64,000 nucleotides of DNA from Azolla caroliniana (Eukaryota > Plantae > Polypodiophyta), in NCBI GenBank assembly GCA_043228905.1, contig JBHGNT010000010.1, positions 1,116,001 through 1,180,000 on the forward strand, written 5' to 3'. The first letter of the stretch is position 1; every line of letters starts with the position of its first letter. This document shows positions 20,911-33,626 of this stretch, piece after piece. Under the pieces are notes generated by a model. It ran no database searches. It was given only the letters and a program-made list of their open reading frames with translations, and had not been told where the DNA came from. A program made the translations under genes and the position numbers.

Positions 20911-23900
20911 CCGCTTTTTGGTCGGTATCAATCATCTCCCCGGAACCTGTCCTTGTTCGGTCGTCATTCTCCTCGTGGCTCAATATGCCGAACCGGTGCT
21001 GCTTGTCGATTTAGTAGATTGTACTCACATTGGTCCATGGTGTGTGACCGGGAGAGGCATAACATGCATTGGGTTTGCATTGTACATTCCAATGTGGAGT
21101 GGTTGGGGTTGAGACACGTGGTACACTGCATTGCCTACCGGAATCACAGATCTTGTTCTTTCGGTAGTGCTCGTTGTAGGCCCCCCATCGCCAAGTGATT
21201 GTTGTTTTGGGCTCTATCCATTTCCAACACTTGGTCGATAACTTGATCGATGATGTTGATCTGGAAGTCCAACACTACAACATTGTCCAGAGAGGCTCCC
21301 GAAGTGTAGCCAAAAATACTACCTTTGCTTCATCCTCCGGAGGTGCCCTCATAAGCTGACATTGCAACAATTGAAATCGGATGATGGATTGTGGGACTGT
21401 CTCATTATGTTCCTGACATGTTGTGTAAAATTTTCTGACAAGCTCCCTCTGCTCCACCTGACGGTGAAACAATCGCAAATTTTTTTCCTTCAAGGCTTGA
21501 AACATGGCAAAGCTACCGGGAAGATGCTTTGCGTGCCATCTCGCCGCTTGTCCTTTCAGAGTCATTTCGAATTCTATGATTTTTGATTGCTCTACTTCTG
21601 CTTCCATCAATCGTTGTGAAACATGGTTGGTTTCCCATGTTTGCCAAAATGTGTACACGTGCTTACGCATTTGGTTCGTCCCGGTATTTGGGGTACGGGT
21701 ACGACATGTTGTCATCTAAAGGTTGTTCCGGTGGCGGCATCGGTACACGATCGTCCTTTTTGTCCAATTTTTGGTCCAGTGGTGGTTCCGGTATGCGATT
21801 ATTCTCGTTTTCCATCTGTTGTTCCGGATTCTCCTCGTGAGCCGGTGGTTTTGGTACCGTCGTTTTCGACTCCGGTGTCGATGTGTGCTCAGATTTGTCT
21901 TCATCCGGTTCGTCTGGAGTATCGTGACTAGATCGGTAGTTCGAGTGGACACTGTGTTCGCTATCCTACTCCGACTCGAATGGTGAAAGTGCTTTCGAGT
22001 CCCCGACGCTTGTGGCTAGGGTTTGCAATATCGATTCTGCGTTGCGCAGACTGCTCAAGCTATTGCCTTCGTCTGAATGTCGCTGATTGTGCAACCGGAT
22101 TGCCTCTCTACGACCCACCGAATCTCTCTGGGAAAAGACTGGTCCTGTCGGATCTCCCCGGTCGCCTGCTGGTAGGCCTCTCGCCTCCGTAGTCTCTCAG
22201 CTAGTCTTCTTGCTCGTTCGGCATCTAGGTCGTTTGTCGGTCTTGTCAACCATTCCCCGTCGTTCTCTGCGCTTTGTAGTAATCGCGGTCGCCCAAACTG
22301 TGTTTAATCTAGGCTGGAATTAGCCTCAAACACAGGGTGTCCGTTCTAGAACACTTCACCAAAGGGGCGGTTAAGAGATGGATATTATCTGGTGCTAATT
22401 GATTCCGATCCGACTTATTCCGGATACGTTCCGGATTGCTAAGACGCAACTGATTAGATATAACATGCGTAAGATTGATAATGGAAGTGCATAACGACAA
22501 GTACACAAGAGACACAATAGGATTAAAATAGAACACACAAACTTGTATTACTTCCGCGAAACATTACATCGATTCCCGGATCCTTTTATAGGCATCCGGT
22601 AGGAAATACAAAACGGTGCCTTATCGGCTACCGACACTCTTAATAGGTAGGGATCCGGATCGGTACAACTATTTGGATCTGTCCGTTCCTATAATATTTC
22701 CTAACTAATAATTATGCCTCTACAAATATTATTCCCCGACTCTTCCCCGGACCATACTCTAGGCCAACAGGAATATGTCTCATGAATGGATAGAAGGAAT
22801 CATATACATGATTCCGAAATTAGATGCTCAATGTAATGAAATCTCAAAATGGCGTCCAATAACTTTGCTTAACGACATCTATAAAATAGTAGCAAAGGCT
22901 GTAGCCAATAGAATGCAACCGTTGCTTCCGTCGATTATACATGACACACAATCAGGATTCCTTCAAGACAAAAGCATCTTTGAGAATATCTTCCTTTTTT
23001 GGGAGATGATTGCATTGGTTCAAAATCACAAACAGTCCCTTGCTATACTATTATTAGATTCTGAGAAAGCATATGATAAAGTAGATGGGGACTTTTTGGA
23101 GGTAGTTCTATTAAGATTAGGGTTTCCAGGTGCATGGATAAAAGGTGTGTTTGCATTATATAGACATGCTTCTAGCTCGGTTCTATTTTCTGGAGGCAAT
23201 GGTACATTATTTCCAATTTCTAGATCTGTCTGACAAGGTTGTCCGTTAGCACCTTTTCTTTTCATTTTATTTGGGGAAGCTCTATCATCTTTTCTTAGAT
23301 CCTCGCCAGCAGCCATCCAAGCAATAGCCTTACCTAGTGCAAATTCGACAGTTCTTGATGCTGAGTTTGTAGATGACACTACTCTTTATATTCATGGAGA
23401 TGTTATTAATCTTGATCTGGTACACAATGCTTTGCATATATTTTCAGATGCTACTAGAGCCTCTCTCAATTGGAATAAATCTGTAGGCCTTTGGGCTAGT
23501 GATGAACCGCGTCCAGAGTAGTATCCAGGCCCTGCATCCGTTCGCTTAATCATGGGGAGCCCATTTATTACTTAGGTTGTCTTGTTGGTTTAGATTTACC
23601 ATCTGAAGGGATGCTATCACCATTGCTATTATCAATGAAGCGTAAGTTGGTCTATTGGGACTCTCATCACTTATCCTTTGCAGGCTAGGTTGTCATTGCA
23701 AATTCAGTACTATTGGCCTCAATGTGGTTTATTGCATCTGCTTGGTTGTTCTCTATGTTGGAATTCGGTCCCTTTAGATGGGATCCGAATGAAAACCGGA
23801 GGAGCCGGATCGGACATGCCGAAGGTAGGAACTGGACTAGATGCAGCAACCGAACCGGACTGGAAGGTATCCGGATGGATCTGGTGTGAACTGGATCCAG

Positions 23901-24038
23901 GGACATATTTGTAAATATGTTTCTAGTGTGCATGTAAAGGCTATATTTGTAAATAGTCCTAAAGTCATATAAGTATAAATATGACTTAGGGCAATCACAT
24001 TTGTATGAATGAAGTAGTTAGTGATTATCATTCTCTTG

Positions 24039-24041
<3 letters not shown>

Positions 24042-24093
<52 letters not shown>
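24042..24093. repeat. (AG)n microsatellite in the copia 5' LTR
   Basis: About 26 perfect AG units; shorter and interrupted in the 3' LTR. Confidence 0.9.
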
Positions 24094-24100
<7 letters not shown>

Positions 24101-24554
24101 ATGAGTTGTAACAGCCGGTTGGCGAAGACATAGAGCTTGAGGTCATTGCCTCTGAGTCTCTTATTGTACCTCGTTTGTCATATAGTGATAGTTGGAGTCT
24201 ATGGGCTCCCGTGGTTTTTTCCCTATTAGGGTTTTCCACGTAAACATCCTGTGTCGTCTCTTTTGTGTAAGTGTATTAACCTCCATTTCTGTTTTTGTTT
24301 TTCCATCAAGTGTTTGAGTCTCGGTTGTGGCCGAGTACTATTCCGCACAAACTGGTATGAGAGCACAGGTTCTAAACCTTGACAAAAATGGAAGAGTCGT
24401 TCTGAAGCATGTTCAAACTCACTGCCTCCAACTACCCAGTGTGGAAGTCGAAGATGAGGGCAATGCTCGTGGTCAAAGATCTCAAGCTACCAGTACAGTT
24501 CGGGGACAAGAAACTAGACAAGATCGATGCCACGACGTGGGAGGTGATGCATAT

Positions 24555-25281
24555 TGTGAAAGTGTTTTTAGAATCTAAGCCATTGAACATTAGGAGAATA
24601 TAAAGTATAGATAATTCACCTTTTGAGGATAAGAACACGAACTAAGACCTTAGGGAAGAAGTCAAAAGTAAAAGTACGAGACCAAGAGAAAAGTAAAAAG
24701 AGAAAACGCAGACTATAAAAAACAGTAAAAATAGAATGGTCATAACTCCCTCGTTGTTTATCCAAATATCACGTTTAAATATGGATTAGAAAGCTTGTAA
24801 AAAGAGCTTTCTATAGCTTTTTAAATCGCTTAATTTGGATATCGGATGAGGGAGATATGACGATTAGAAGGTCGATGTGTCATAGCTAAAAATAGGGAGA
24901 TAAAAAGCTTCTAAAAATAGCATGAACGTGGATAAGAAGAGGAAGGTTATAAAAGAAGAAGTGATATTAGTGAGGAGGGGGGGAAGAGTAAAGGAAAAGA
25001 GTGGATGAGGAGTGTTAGGAAGAAGTGTCTTAGAAGAGGAAGGTCTTTGGTTTTAGTTCAATGTGGAGTTTGTCTCCTTTGTATTCTCTTGATGTTGGAA
25101 TATCAGAACATTCTTATTTCTTGCTCGCTTTCTCTATCTTTTTTCTTAGTTTCTTGAGTTATACTCTCTAATCATAATTACCTAGAGCTATATAATATAT
25201 TATGATTTTCAACTCCATCTAATCGGTTTGGTCAAGCCCTCATATAGTGTATAACTATCTATTATCTTATACACCCTATCA
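24555..25281. mobile_element. Solo LTR (727 bp) inside copia gag
   Basis: TG...CA termini, TSD CATAT (24550-24554, 25282-25286); removal restores gag frame EVMH-MKTTSYIRCF. Confidence 0.85.
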
Positions 25282-28200
25282 CATATGAAGACGACGTCAT
25301 ACATTCGATGCTTCATTGACATGAGCTTGTACAACAACTTTAATGAAGAAAGTAAGGCTCATGTGCTCTGGGAGAAAATCTGCATCAGAAATTAGTAAGA
25401 CTCCGGTACCAGGACGGATCCAGCATCGCGGAGCACATGAATGCATTCTAGAGGCTCATAAATCAAACAACTTCGCTTGAATTACCTCTGGCCAATGAGG
25501 TACTTGCATTGCTCCTGCTTGGTTCCCTCCCAGATAGTTGGGAGACGCTAGTTGTCACTTTGGGCCGAAATCGGAGTCCCCAAAACTAGGACAAATCGGG
25601 GACGAGATCGAAGTCAAGGGGGAGGCCCACTTGCTTCTATTGCGGAAAGCCGGGGCTCTTCCAGAAGAATTGTCGACACTTTCGTAAAGTCAAAGGGGGA
25701 GCCGACGATCTGGAACCGAAGAAGATTTCGGAGAGAAGAGGAACGTTGGGGATCATGACAAGTGAAAAAGAACAACTGCTAATCACCGAGGAGAGTGAGT
25801 TGCACCTTGTCAAAGACGAAATGACATGGGTGGTCGACTCCGGAGCATCGTTCCACTTGACACTTGACAGGAAATGCTTCTCGTCCTACACAACCCGAGA
25901 TCCGGGTTGTGTCTGAATTGGGGAATGAAGGTACATGCCAAATTGTTGGCATAGGAGATGTGTTGTTGACGACATCAACCAGATGCAAGTTGCTATTGAA
26001 GGATGTCCGACATGTTCCGAAGCTTGATTTTACCTTATCCATGCCCGGATATGCCGGGAAGAAGTGAACGTAGCATTTGACACTGCCGGTGAGCTGTGGC
26101 ACAAGAGACAGACCCATATGAGCCAGGAGGGGATGAGAAGACTTCCCGAAGATAACCTCATTCCGGAGGTGAAAGACGTGCATCTTGAGAAGTGCACCGA
26201 AAGCTTGGCTGGCAAGCAAAACCGAACCTCTTTCCGGTCAAGATGACCGATGAGATGGAATGCACCACTGGAGTTGGTGCATACCGATGTGTGTCAAGTG
26301 GACAAGAAGTCACATGCCGGATCGCAATACTTCCTGATGTTCATAGACGACCACAGCCGGAAGCTGTGGGTCTCACCATTGAAGACAAAGGATAAGGTGT
26401 TTTCTGTCTTCAAGGAGCTCCACACAAGGGTGGAAAGGGAAACTGGCTAGAACCTAATGGCGGTTCAAGCAGATAACGGGGGAGAATACCGGGGGAAGTT
26501 CGAAGAGTACTGTCGGTCGAAGGGAATCCGGCTTGAATTCACTGTGTCGAAGACGTCGGAACTGAACGGATGAACCAGACCATAATGGAGAGAGTCTGAA
26601 GCATACTAGCACATGCCAAGTTGTCCAAGACGTTCTGGGCTGAGGCGCTGATGACGGTGACGTACGTGATTAATAGATCACCCTCAACACCTTTGGAAGG
26701 AGACCCACTACAGAGAGTATGGATCGGTAAAGACGTGTCTTACCGGAATTTGAAGGTGTTCGTATGTCTCACTTATGTGCATGTTGGAAAGATCAAGAGA
26801 GCAAAGTTGGATCCGAAGTCCAGGCCATGCATATTCCTCGGATATGGCGATGATGAGTTCGGCTACCGTGTGTGAGACTTGGTCGACAAGAAGGTCTTCC
26901 GGAGTTGAGACATAGTCTTCATTGAAGACAAGACTATTGCCGACTGGGAGTGGGAGAGGAAGATAGTGCACTCCGCGTCGACTAACAAAGACCGGTCAAA
27001 AGATGCAAGAATACATCCAATCGGAAACCGGATGTCATCTGAAGATCATGATGAACAGGTTGGATTCGGACAAAGAACTGGACCAACCAAAGAAGAAGCA
27101 GACATCGGAACCGGTCAAGACCTCGAATCATATTTAGATGAAGAACAAATGGAGGAACCGGTAGTTGAAGAACAAGGACGCCTCTGAGTGAGAGAAAAGC
27201 CCCCGGGAGATTTCCGGATGCAGAGCACGTATTGTTGGCTGATGGGGGGAAGCCAGAAAGCTTCGAAGAAGCAAAGAAAGACACCCACATCCGCAAGTGG
27301 TTGAGTGCCATGCAGGACGAGATGGATTCCTTGCATGAGAACCACACATACGAACTGACAGAGTTGCCGAAAGGAAAAAGGGCACTTCGGAACAAGTGGG
27401 TGTACAAGCTGAAACTAGGAGGTAAAAGGCCCGGATTGTGGTGAAGGGTTTCCAGCAGAAGAAAGGGGTGGACTTCGATGAGATCTTTTCCCCGGTAGTA
27501 AAGATGAAATCCATCCGAACTGTGTTGAGCATAGCGGCAAGCATGGACCTCGAGGTTGAACAACTCGATGTTAAGATGACATTCCTCCACCGGGACCTCG
27601 GGGAGGAGATCTACATGCAGCAACCAGAGGGGACCTCCAGAGGGATTCATGAAGAAGGGCAAGGAGCACTTGGTATGCCGGTTGAATAAGAGCTTATAGG
27701 GACTGAAGCAAGCTGCACGACAATGGTACCGGAAGTTCGACTCCTTCATGACCGACCAAGGGTACCGCTAGACGCAAGCTGACCACTGCGTGTTCGTGAA
27801 GAAATTTGACGGAGGTGACTTCCTAATACTCCTATTGTATGTGGATGACATGTTGATCGTTGGACCAGACCGAACCGAAATTGGGAATTTGAAGAAGGCT
27901 TTGACCCGGCCCTTCTCAACAAAAGATTTGGGCCCGACGAGACAAATACCGGTCGAAGAAATTGCTATGGTTGTCACAAGAGAAATATGTGACAAATGTG
28001 CTCCAAAGGTTCAACATGATGGATGCGAAACTGGTTGGGTCGACACTTCCGACAAACTGCAAGCTATCCCGAAAGCAAAGTATGAAGACAAAGATGGAGA
28101 AGTCGGAGATGATGAAGGTACCATATGCCTCCGCCGTCGGAAGCTTGGTGTACACAATAGTGTGTACCCGGTCGGATATTGTATTTGCTGTCGGAGTGGT

Positions 28201-28327
28201 CAACTGGTTCATGAGCAATCCGGGAAGATAACACTGGACCGTGGTCAAGTGGATACTCTGGTACTTAAAAGGCACCTCGAGTACGTGCCTCCAATTCGGC
28301 TCAGGTAAACCCCAACTGGAAGGCTTT

Positions 28328-31300
28328 TGTCATGATAACAGTGTCATGATAACAGTCACATCATGCATCGAAAGGATCATGACACTCACATTATGACTCA
28401 AAAGGATTTGAACCCACAACCTTGTTGTACACATGTCAAATCCTTAACCATTGTATTAATATTCTTATATGTATAGTCTCTAGAATATGAAATCTAATAT
28501 CATAGGAATATTCTATATTACTCTACATTCTAGAATGACCTAGAATTTTCTAGAGTGTTCTATACCACTAGAACCTTCTAGAATACTCTAGAGATCTTCT
28601 AGATTACTCTACATTCTAGGATAACCTAGAATATTCTAGAGAGTTCTCTATTACTTATAAATAGGGATCTACCACCCATCCCAAACCTAAATTGGTTCAA
28701 ACTGTCATGACTGAGAGAGAGAAAGAGAGAGAAAAAGAGATAGAGAGATAATTGAAAGAGAATTATTATAGAGAGATAGAGAGTAAGTCCGGCCAAAATA
28801 GGAGCCATTTGGCTGGACCATCCTAGCTATGTAGAGTTAGTTCCTAGTCGTGGTTCCATTTCATCAAATCAAGTGAGTCGAGTTTTTTCAGCACAAGTCG
28901 AGCTTACCACATCTACATGTCATCGAGTCCTAGCCTCTGCCCTTCTAGATTCTGGAGCCAACTCTTGTTTCATGGATCGTGAATTTGCATTGTCACAAAA
29001 CATCCTCTTGAATAAGCTTCCCAACCCGGTAGCCGTAGGAGTCATCGATGGACGTCCCATAGCATCAGGAGATATAGTTGAGGAGTCCGAGCCAATTAGG
29101 ATAGTTCTTGGCAATTTGGCAAGCATAATCTCTTTCAATATTATTCGTAGTCCGGACCACCCAATAGTTCTAGGTCTCCCCTGGTTTGAACTCCATAACC
29201 CGAAGATTGATTGGATGAAAAGAACAATTGAGGAGACTCGGGCAAAAAGCACAAATCCCGCATCCCTCTCTCCGACATGTGCTAATAGATCCCCGGAGTT
29301 ATCGCCCATCTCTTTACGACAGTTGCGGGAGGAAGGGGGGAACGAGGCCATGTTCGTCTTCGCAATAGTAGCAACTCCATCATCCACTTCACGTGACGCG
29401 GATATTACACTACCAGAGAAATACAAGGAGTTTTCAGATGTCTTTGATAAGGTGAAGGCCAATACATTGCCGGAGCATCGGCCATACGACTGCCCTATTG
29501 ACTTACAACCAGGGAAAGAACCTCCATGGGGCCCAATTTATAATCTCTCCCCTGTAGAGCTAGAGACTTTGCGGAAATATATTGATGAGAATCTGGCAAA
29601 CGGATTCATTCGGCATTCTAGATCCCCTGCTGGTGTAGCTATCTTCTTCGTTAAGAAGAAGAATGGGACTCTTCGGTTGGTCGTGGATTATCGAGGGCTA
29701 AACAAAGTGACTATCCGAAATAGATATGCTCTACCATTAATCCCGAATCTTTTGGAACGTCTCAGTGGTGCAAAATATTTCACGAAGTTGGACCTTCGCG
29801 GAGCATATAATCTAGTTCGGATTCGCCCGGGGGATGAATGGAAGACAGCTTTCCGCACTCGCTATGGACATTTTGAGTATACAGTGATGCCATTTGGTCT
29901 CACGAATGCACCTGCTGTTTTCCAACATATGGCGAACGATATTTTTCGAGATTTTCTTGATATCTTCACTATAGTTTACCTAGATGATATTTTAATCTAC
30001 TCAAAGACCCAAGAGGAGCATGATGCACATGTTCGTCAAGTACTATGCTGACTCCGAGAATATGGTCTCTACGCAAAATTAGAAAAGTGTAGTTTCGGCC
30101 AGAATCAAGTGGAATTTTTGGGGTATGTTGTATCGTCAAATGGTATTGCTATGGACCCCATGAAGGTACATGCAATTTTAGAGTGGCAAACGCCCCTTTC
30201 AGTGCGTGATGTGCAATGTTTTCTCGGGTTTGCAAATTTTTATCGGAAATTTATTAAAGATTATTCCAAGGTTGTGCTTCCACTTACTCAGCTCACACAT
30301 AAAGATCAACCATTTATATGGAGTTCAGATGCATCCGAGGCATTCGAAAGCTTAAAACGAGCATTTACAATGGCACCTATCTTAGCACATGTCGACCCAA
30401 CAAAACGCTTCATCCTCGAAGCCGATGCATCCGATTTTGCACTAGGGAGTGTCCTCTCGCAGACTGGAGATGATGGACAACTACACCCTGTCGCCTTTCA
30501 TTCACGAAAGTTTGAAGCTGCAGAGATCAACTACGAGATCCATGACAAAGAGCTTCTTGCAATTGTGGATTCGTTTCAACAATGGCGACATTTCCTAGAA
30601 GGTTCTTCTCAGCAGATCATTGTCTACAATGATCATAAGAACCTGACTTATTTCCAAAATGCTCGAGTCTTGAGTCGGCGACAAGCCCGGTGGGCGCAAT
30701 TTTTGACTCACTTCGACTTTATCATCATATATCGCCCTGGGATGCAGCAAGGCAAAGCAGATGCTCTTTCTCGGCGCTCTTATATGGAACTTCGTCCAGG
30801 GGAACCTGCTTTTGAGCATCAAAAACAAATCCTTTTGGGTCCTAATCGATTACGATTAATGGTAGTTAATGCCATAACAGCTCTTGAAAATTCCACTCTT
30901 CTTGATTCCATTCGAGATCATATGGCCACTGATGATTTCGCCAAGGATGTTTTGGATCATATCGTCCCGGATCGTGCTTCTTGCTCACAGTCGAAAAATC
31001 CTCGTAATGACTATTGTTAGTTCTATTGGCATGATGGTTTTCTATTTCGACAAAATTTATTGTATGTTCCTGATGGTCCCCCACGGCTACAAGTTTTGCA
31101 ACATTGCCATGACTCACCAATGGCTGGTCATTTTGGAGTTCACAAGACTCTAGAATTAATTTCTCGACGCTATTGGTGGCCTCGCCTTCGTCATTTTGTT
31201 GAGGAGTATGTTCGGAGTTGTGATATATGTTGTCGATCAAAGAATCCTCGTCACCGACCCTATGGCTTACTACAACCACTTCCCATTCCGGAAACACCTT

Positions 31301-32901
31301 GGAAGTCTATATCCTTGGACTTCATTACTGATCTCCCAGTTTCAAAAGGTTTTGATGCAATTCTCACAGTGGTTGATCGATTTACCAAAATGGCACATTT
31401 CTTGCCATGTACAAAGTCAATTACTAGTCAAGAGACGGCTGATCTCGTTATGCGGGAGGTATTTAAGCATCATGGTCTGCCAGATGATATTATTAGTGAT
31501 CGTGGTCCACAATTCATCTCAAAGTTTTGGAAGCACCTGTTCAAACTTCTCCACATTTCAGTTAAGCTTTCTTCGGGCTATCATCCTGAAACAAATGGCC
31601 AAACAGAGCGTACCAACCAGACATTGGAACAATATCTTCGTTGTTTCATCAACTATCAACAAGATGATTGGGTTGCATTTTTGCACTTGGCGGAATTCGC
31701 TTACAACAACTCAGCCCATTCTTCTACAGGATATTCCCCATTTTTCGCAAATACGGGCTGTCATCCTCGATGGACGATGAATGCGCATCCAGAAGTTCCT
31801 ACCAACCCTGCTGCCGAGGATCGTCTCAGTCGCCTCCAAGAAATTCAAGCCAACATTCTCCACAATTTGCACGATGCTCAATTTACACACAAGAGGCTTG
31901 CCGATCGTCATCGTCTAGACTCCTCAAAAAAGTTCCGCATTGGGGTTCATGTATGGCTTCTCCAACACAACATCAAGACCACTCGACCTTGCAATAAATT
32001 GGATTACCAACGTTTTGGCCCTTACATGATCACTGGTAAGATAAGTGATGTTGCATTTCGTCTTGACCTCCCTCCACACATGCATCTTCATCCGGTGTTT
32101 CATGTATCCCTTTTGGAACCTTATACTACAAGTTCAATTCCGGGCCGTCTTACGACACCCCCACCACCTGTCGAGTTCTTGGATGGGCCTGAATTTGAAG
32201 TTGCTGCCGTTCTCGATTCTAAAATCGTGCGCAACAAGTTGTATTACTTGGTCGATTGGCTAGGCTATACCCCCAATGATCGAACTTGGGAACCTGCCAC
32301 AAATCTTTCCAATGCTGCAGAACTCGTCAATGCATTTCATCGCCAATATCCTTGTAAACTAGGTCCTAATACAAACCCTACGACCCGTGAGACGTGTCGT
32401 CGAAGAAGGGGGATAGTGTCATGATAACAGTGTCATGATAACAGTCACATCATGCATCGAAAGGATCATGACACTCACATTATGACTCGAAAGGATTTGA
32501 ACCCACGACCTTGTTGTACACATGTCAAATCCTTAACCATTGTATTAATATTCTTATATGTATAGTCTCTAGAATATGAAATCTAATATCATAGGAATAT
32601 TCTATATTACTCTACATTCTAGAATGACCTAGAATATTCTAGAGTGTTCTATACCACTAGAACCTTCTAGAATACTCTAGAGATCTTCTAGATTACTCTA
32701 CATTCTAGGATAACCTAGAATATTCTAGAGAGTTCTCTATTACTTATAAATAGGGATCTACCACCCATCCCAAACCTAAATTGGTTCAACGCCATTTTGT
32801 AGCCTACTCTTTGTAATCCATTTTACGCTTCAATATAATAATTCTCTTTCAATTATCTCTCTATCTCTTTTTCTCTCTTTTTCTCTCTCTCAGTCATGAC
32901 A
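28328..32901 (+). mobile_element. Chromovirus (Tcn1-like Ty3/gypsy) lacking gag, with rearranged 5' LTR
   Basis: TSD GCTTT (28323-28327, 32902-32906); 3' LTR 32417-32901; partial 5' LTR 28328-28700; PPT GAAGAAGGGGGATAG 32402-32416. Confidence 0.93.
28873..32424 (+). pseudogene. pol: Chromovirus pol (PR-RT-RH-IN-chromodomain), one frame with two premature stops (30049, 31018)
   Basis: LLDSGA; YLDDIL; EADASD..NYEIHDKELLAI; HCHDSPMAGHFG..CDIC; chromodomain EFEVAAVLDS..YLVDWLGY..DRTWEP; the three track ORFs share a frame. Confidence 0.93.
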
Positions 32902-33605
32902 GCTTTACGGATTTGGATGTGTGATGCGGATACCAGCCGGTCCACATCCGGATATGTCATGACATATGTAGGGGGAGCCGTATCGTGGCAGTCGAGGTTG
33001 CAGAAGTCCATTGCACTATCAACAACGAAAGCGGAGTACATGGCAGCCGTGGAAGCTGGCAAGGAAGTAATTTGGATGAAGAACTTCATCGGGGAGCTAG
33101 GGATTTGACAGGATGAATACCGGCTCTACTGCGATAGCCAAAGTGCCATCCACCTTGCAAAGAATGCGGCCTACCATTCCTAAACCAAGCACATCTAGAG
33201 AAGATATCACTGGCTCTGAGAGAAGGTAGAAGATCAAGACTTCGTGCTTACGAAGATCTACACAGAGGAGAACGAGTCCGATATGTTGACCAAGGTGTTG
33301 TTAGCTGACAAACTGGACACGTGCCGGAGATGGATGAGACTAATGTGAAATCCCATGCCGAGTGAAGGGGAAGTTTGTTGGGAATTCGGTCCCTCTAGTT
33401 GGGATCCGGATGAGAACCGGAGGAGCCGGATTGGACATGCAAAAGGGAGGAACCAGACTGGATGCAGCAACTGGACTAGACCGGAAGGTATCCGGATGGA
33501 TCCGGTGTGACCCGGATCTAGGGACATATCTGTAAACATGTTTATGGTGTGCTTGTAAAGGCTATATTTGTAAATAGTCCTAAAGTCATATAAGTATAAA
33601 TATGA

Positions 33606-33626
33606 CTTAGGGTTTAGGGTTTAGGG
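33606..33626 (+). repeat. Short interstitial plant telomere repeat CTTAGGG(TTTAGGG)2
   Basis: Present only in the 3' LTR of the copia element. Confidence 0.85.

Larger units (their letters stand above)
12187..22769 (-). mobile_element. Degenerate Ty3/gypsy element D (5' LTR about 22370-22769, gag, PR, RT, part of RNase H), carrying three further insertions
   Basis: Gag fragments 21275-22249; PR MFIDGG and PLLLGRPW (18572-19142); RT VDYRKLN, MMFGFKTTPATFQR, VFLDDF; RH FHVFVDALD. Many stops. TGTTG terminus at 22769 abuts LINE coding sequence; inner LTR boundary approximate. Confidence 0.82.

Noticed and set aside
22340-22370. TGGTGAA (minus strand) as a tRNA-Trp PBS for element D
   Set aside because: Only 7 nt match and the LTR boundary is uncertain; the primer of D is left unassigned.
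28394-28460. Functional tRNA gene (also 32483-32549 and 60750-60816)
   Set aside because: No acceptor stem or clean anticodon arm; reported only as a tRNA-like cassette.
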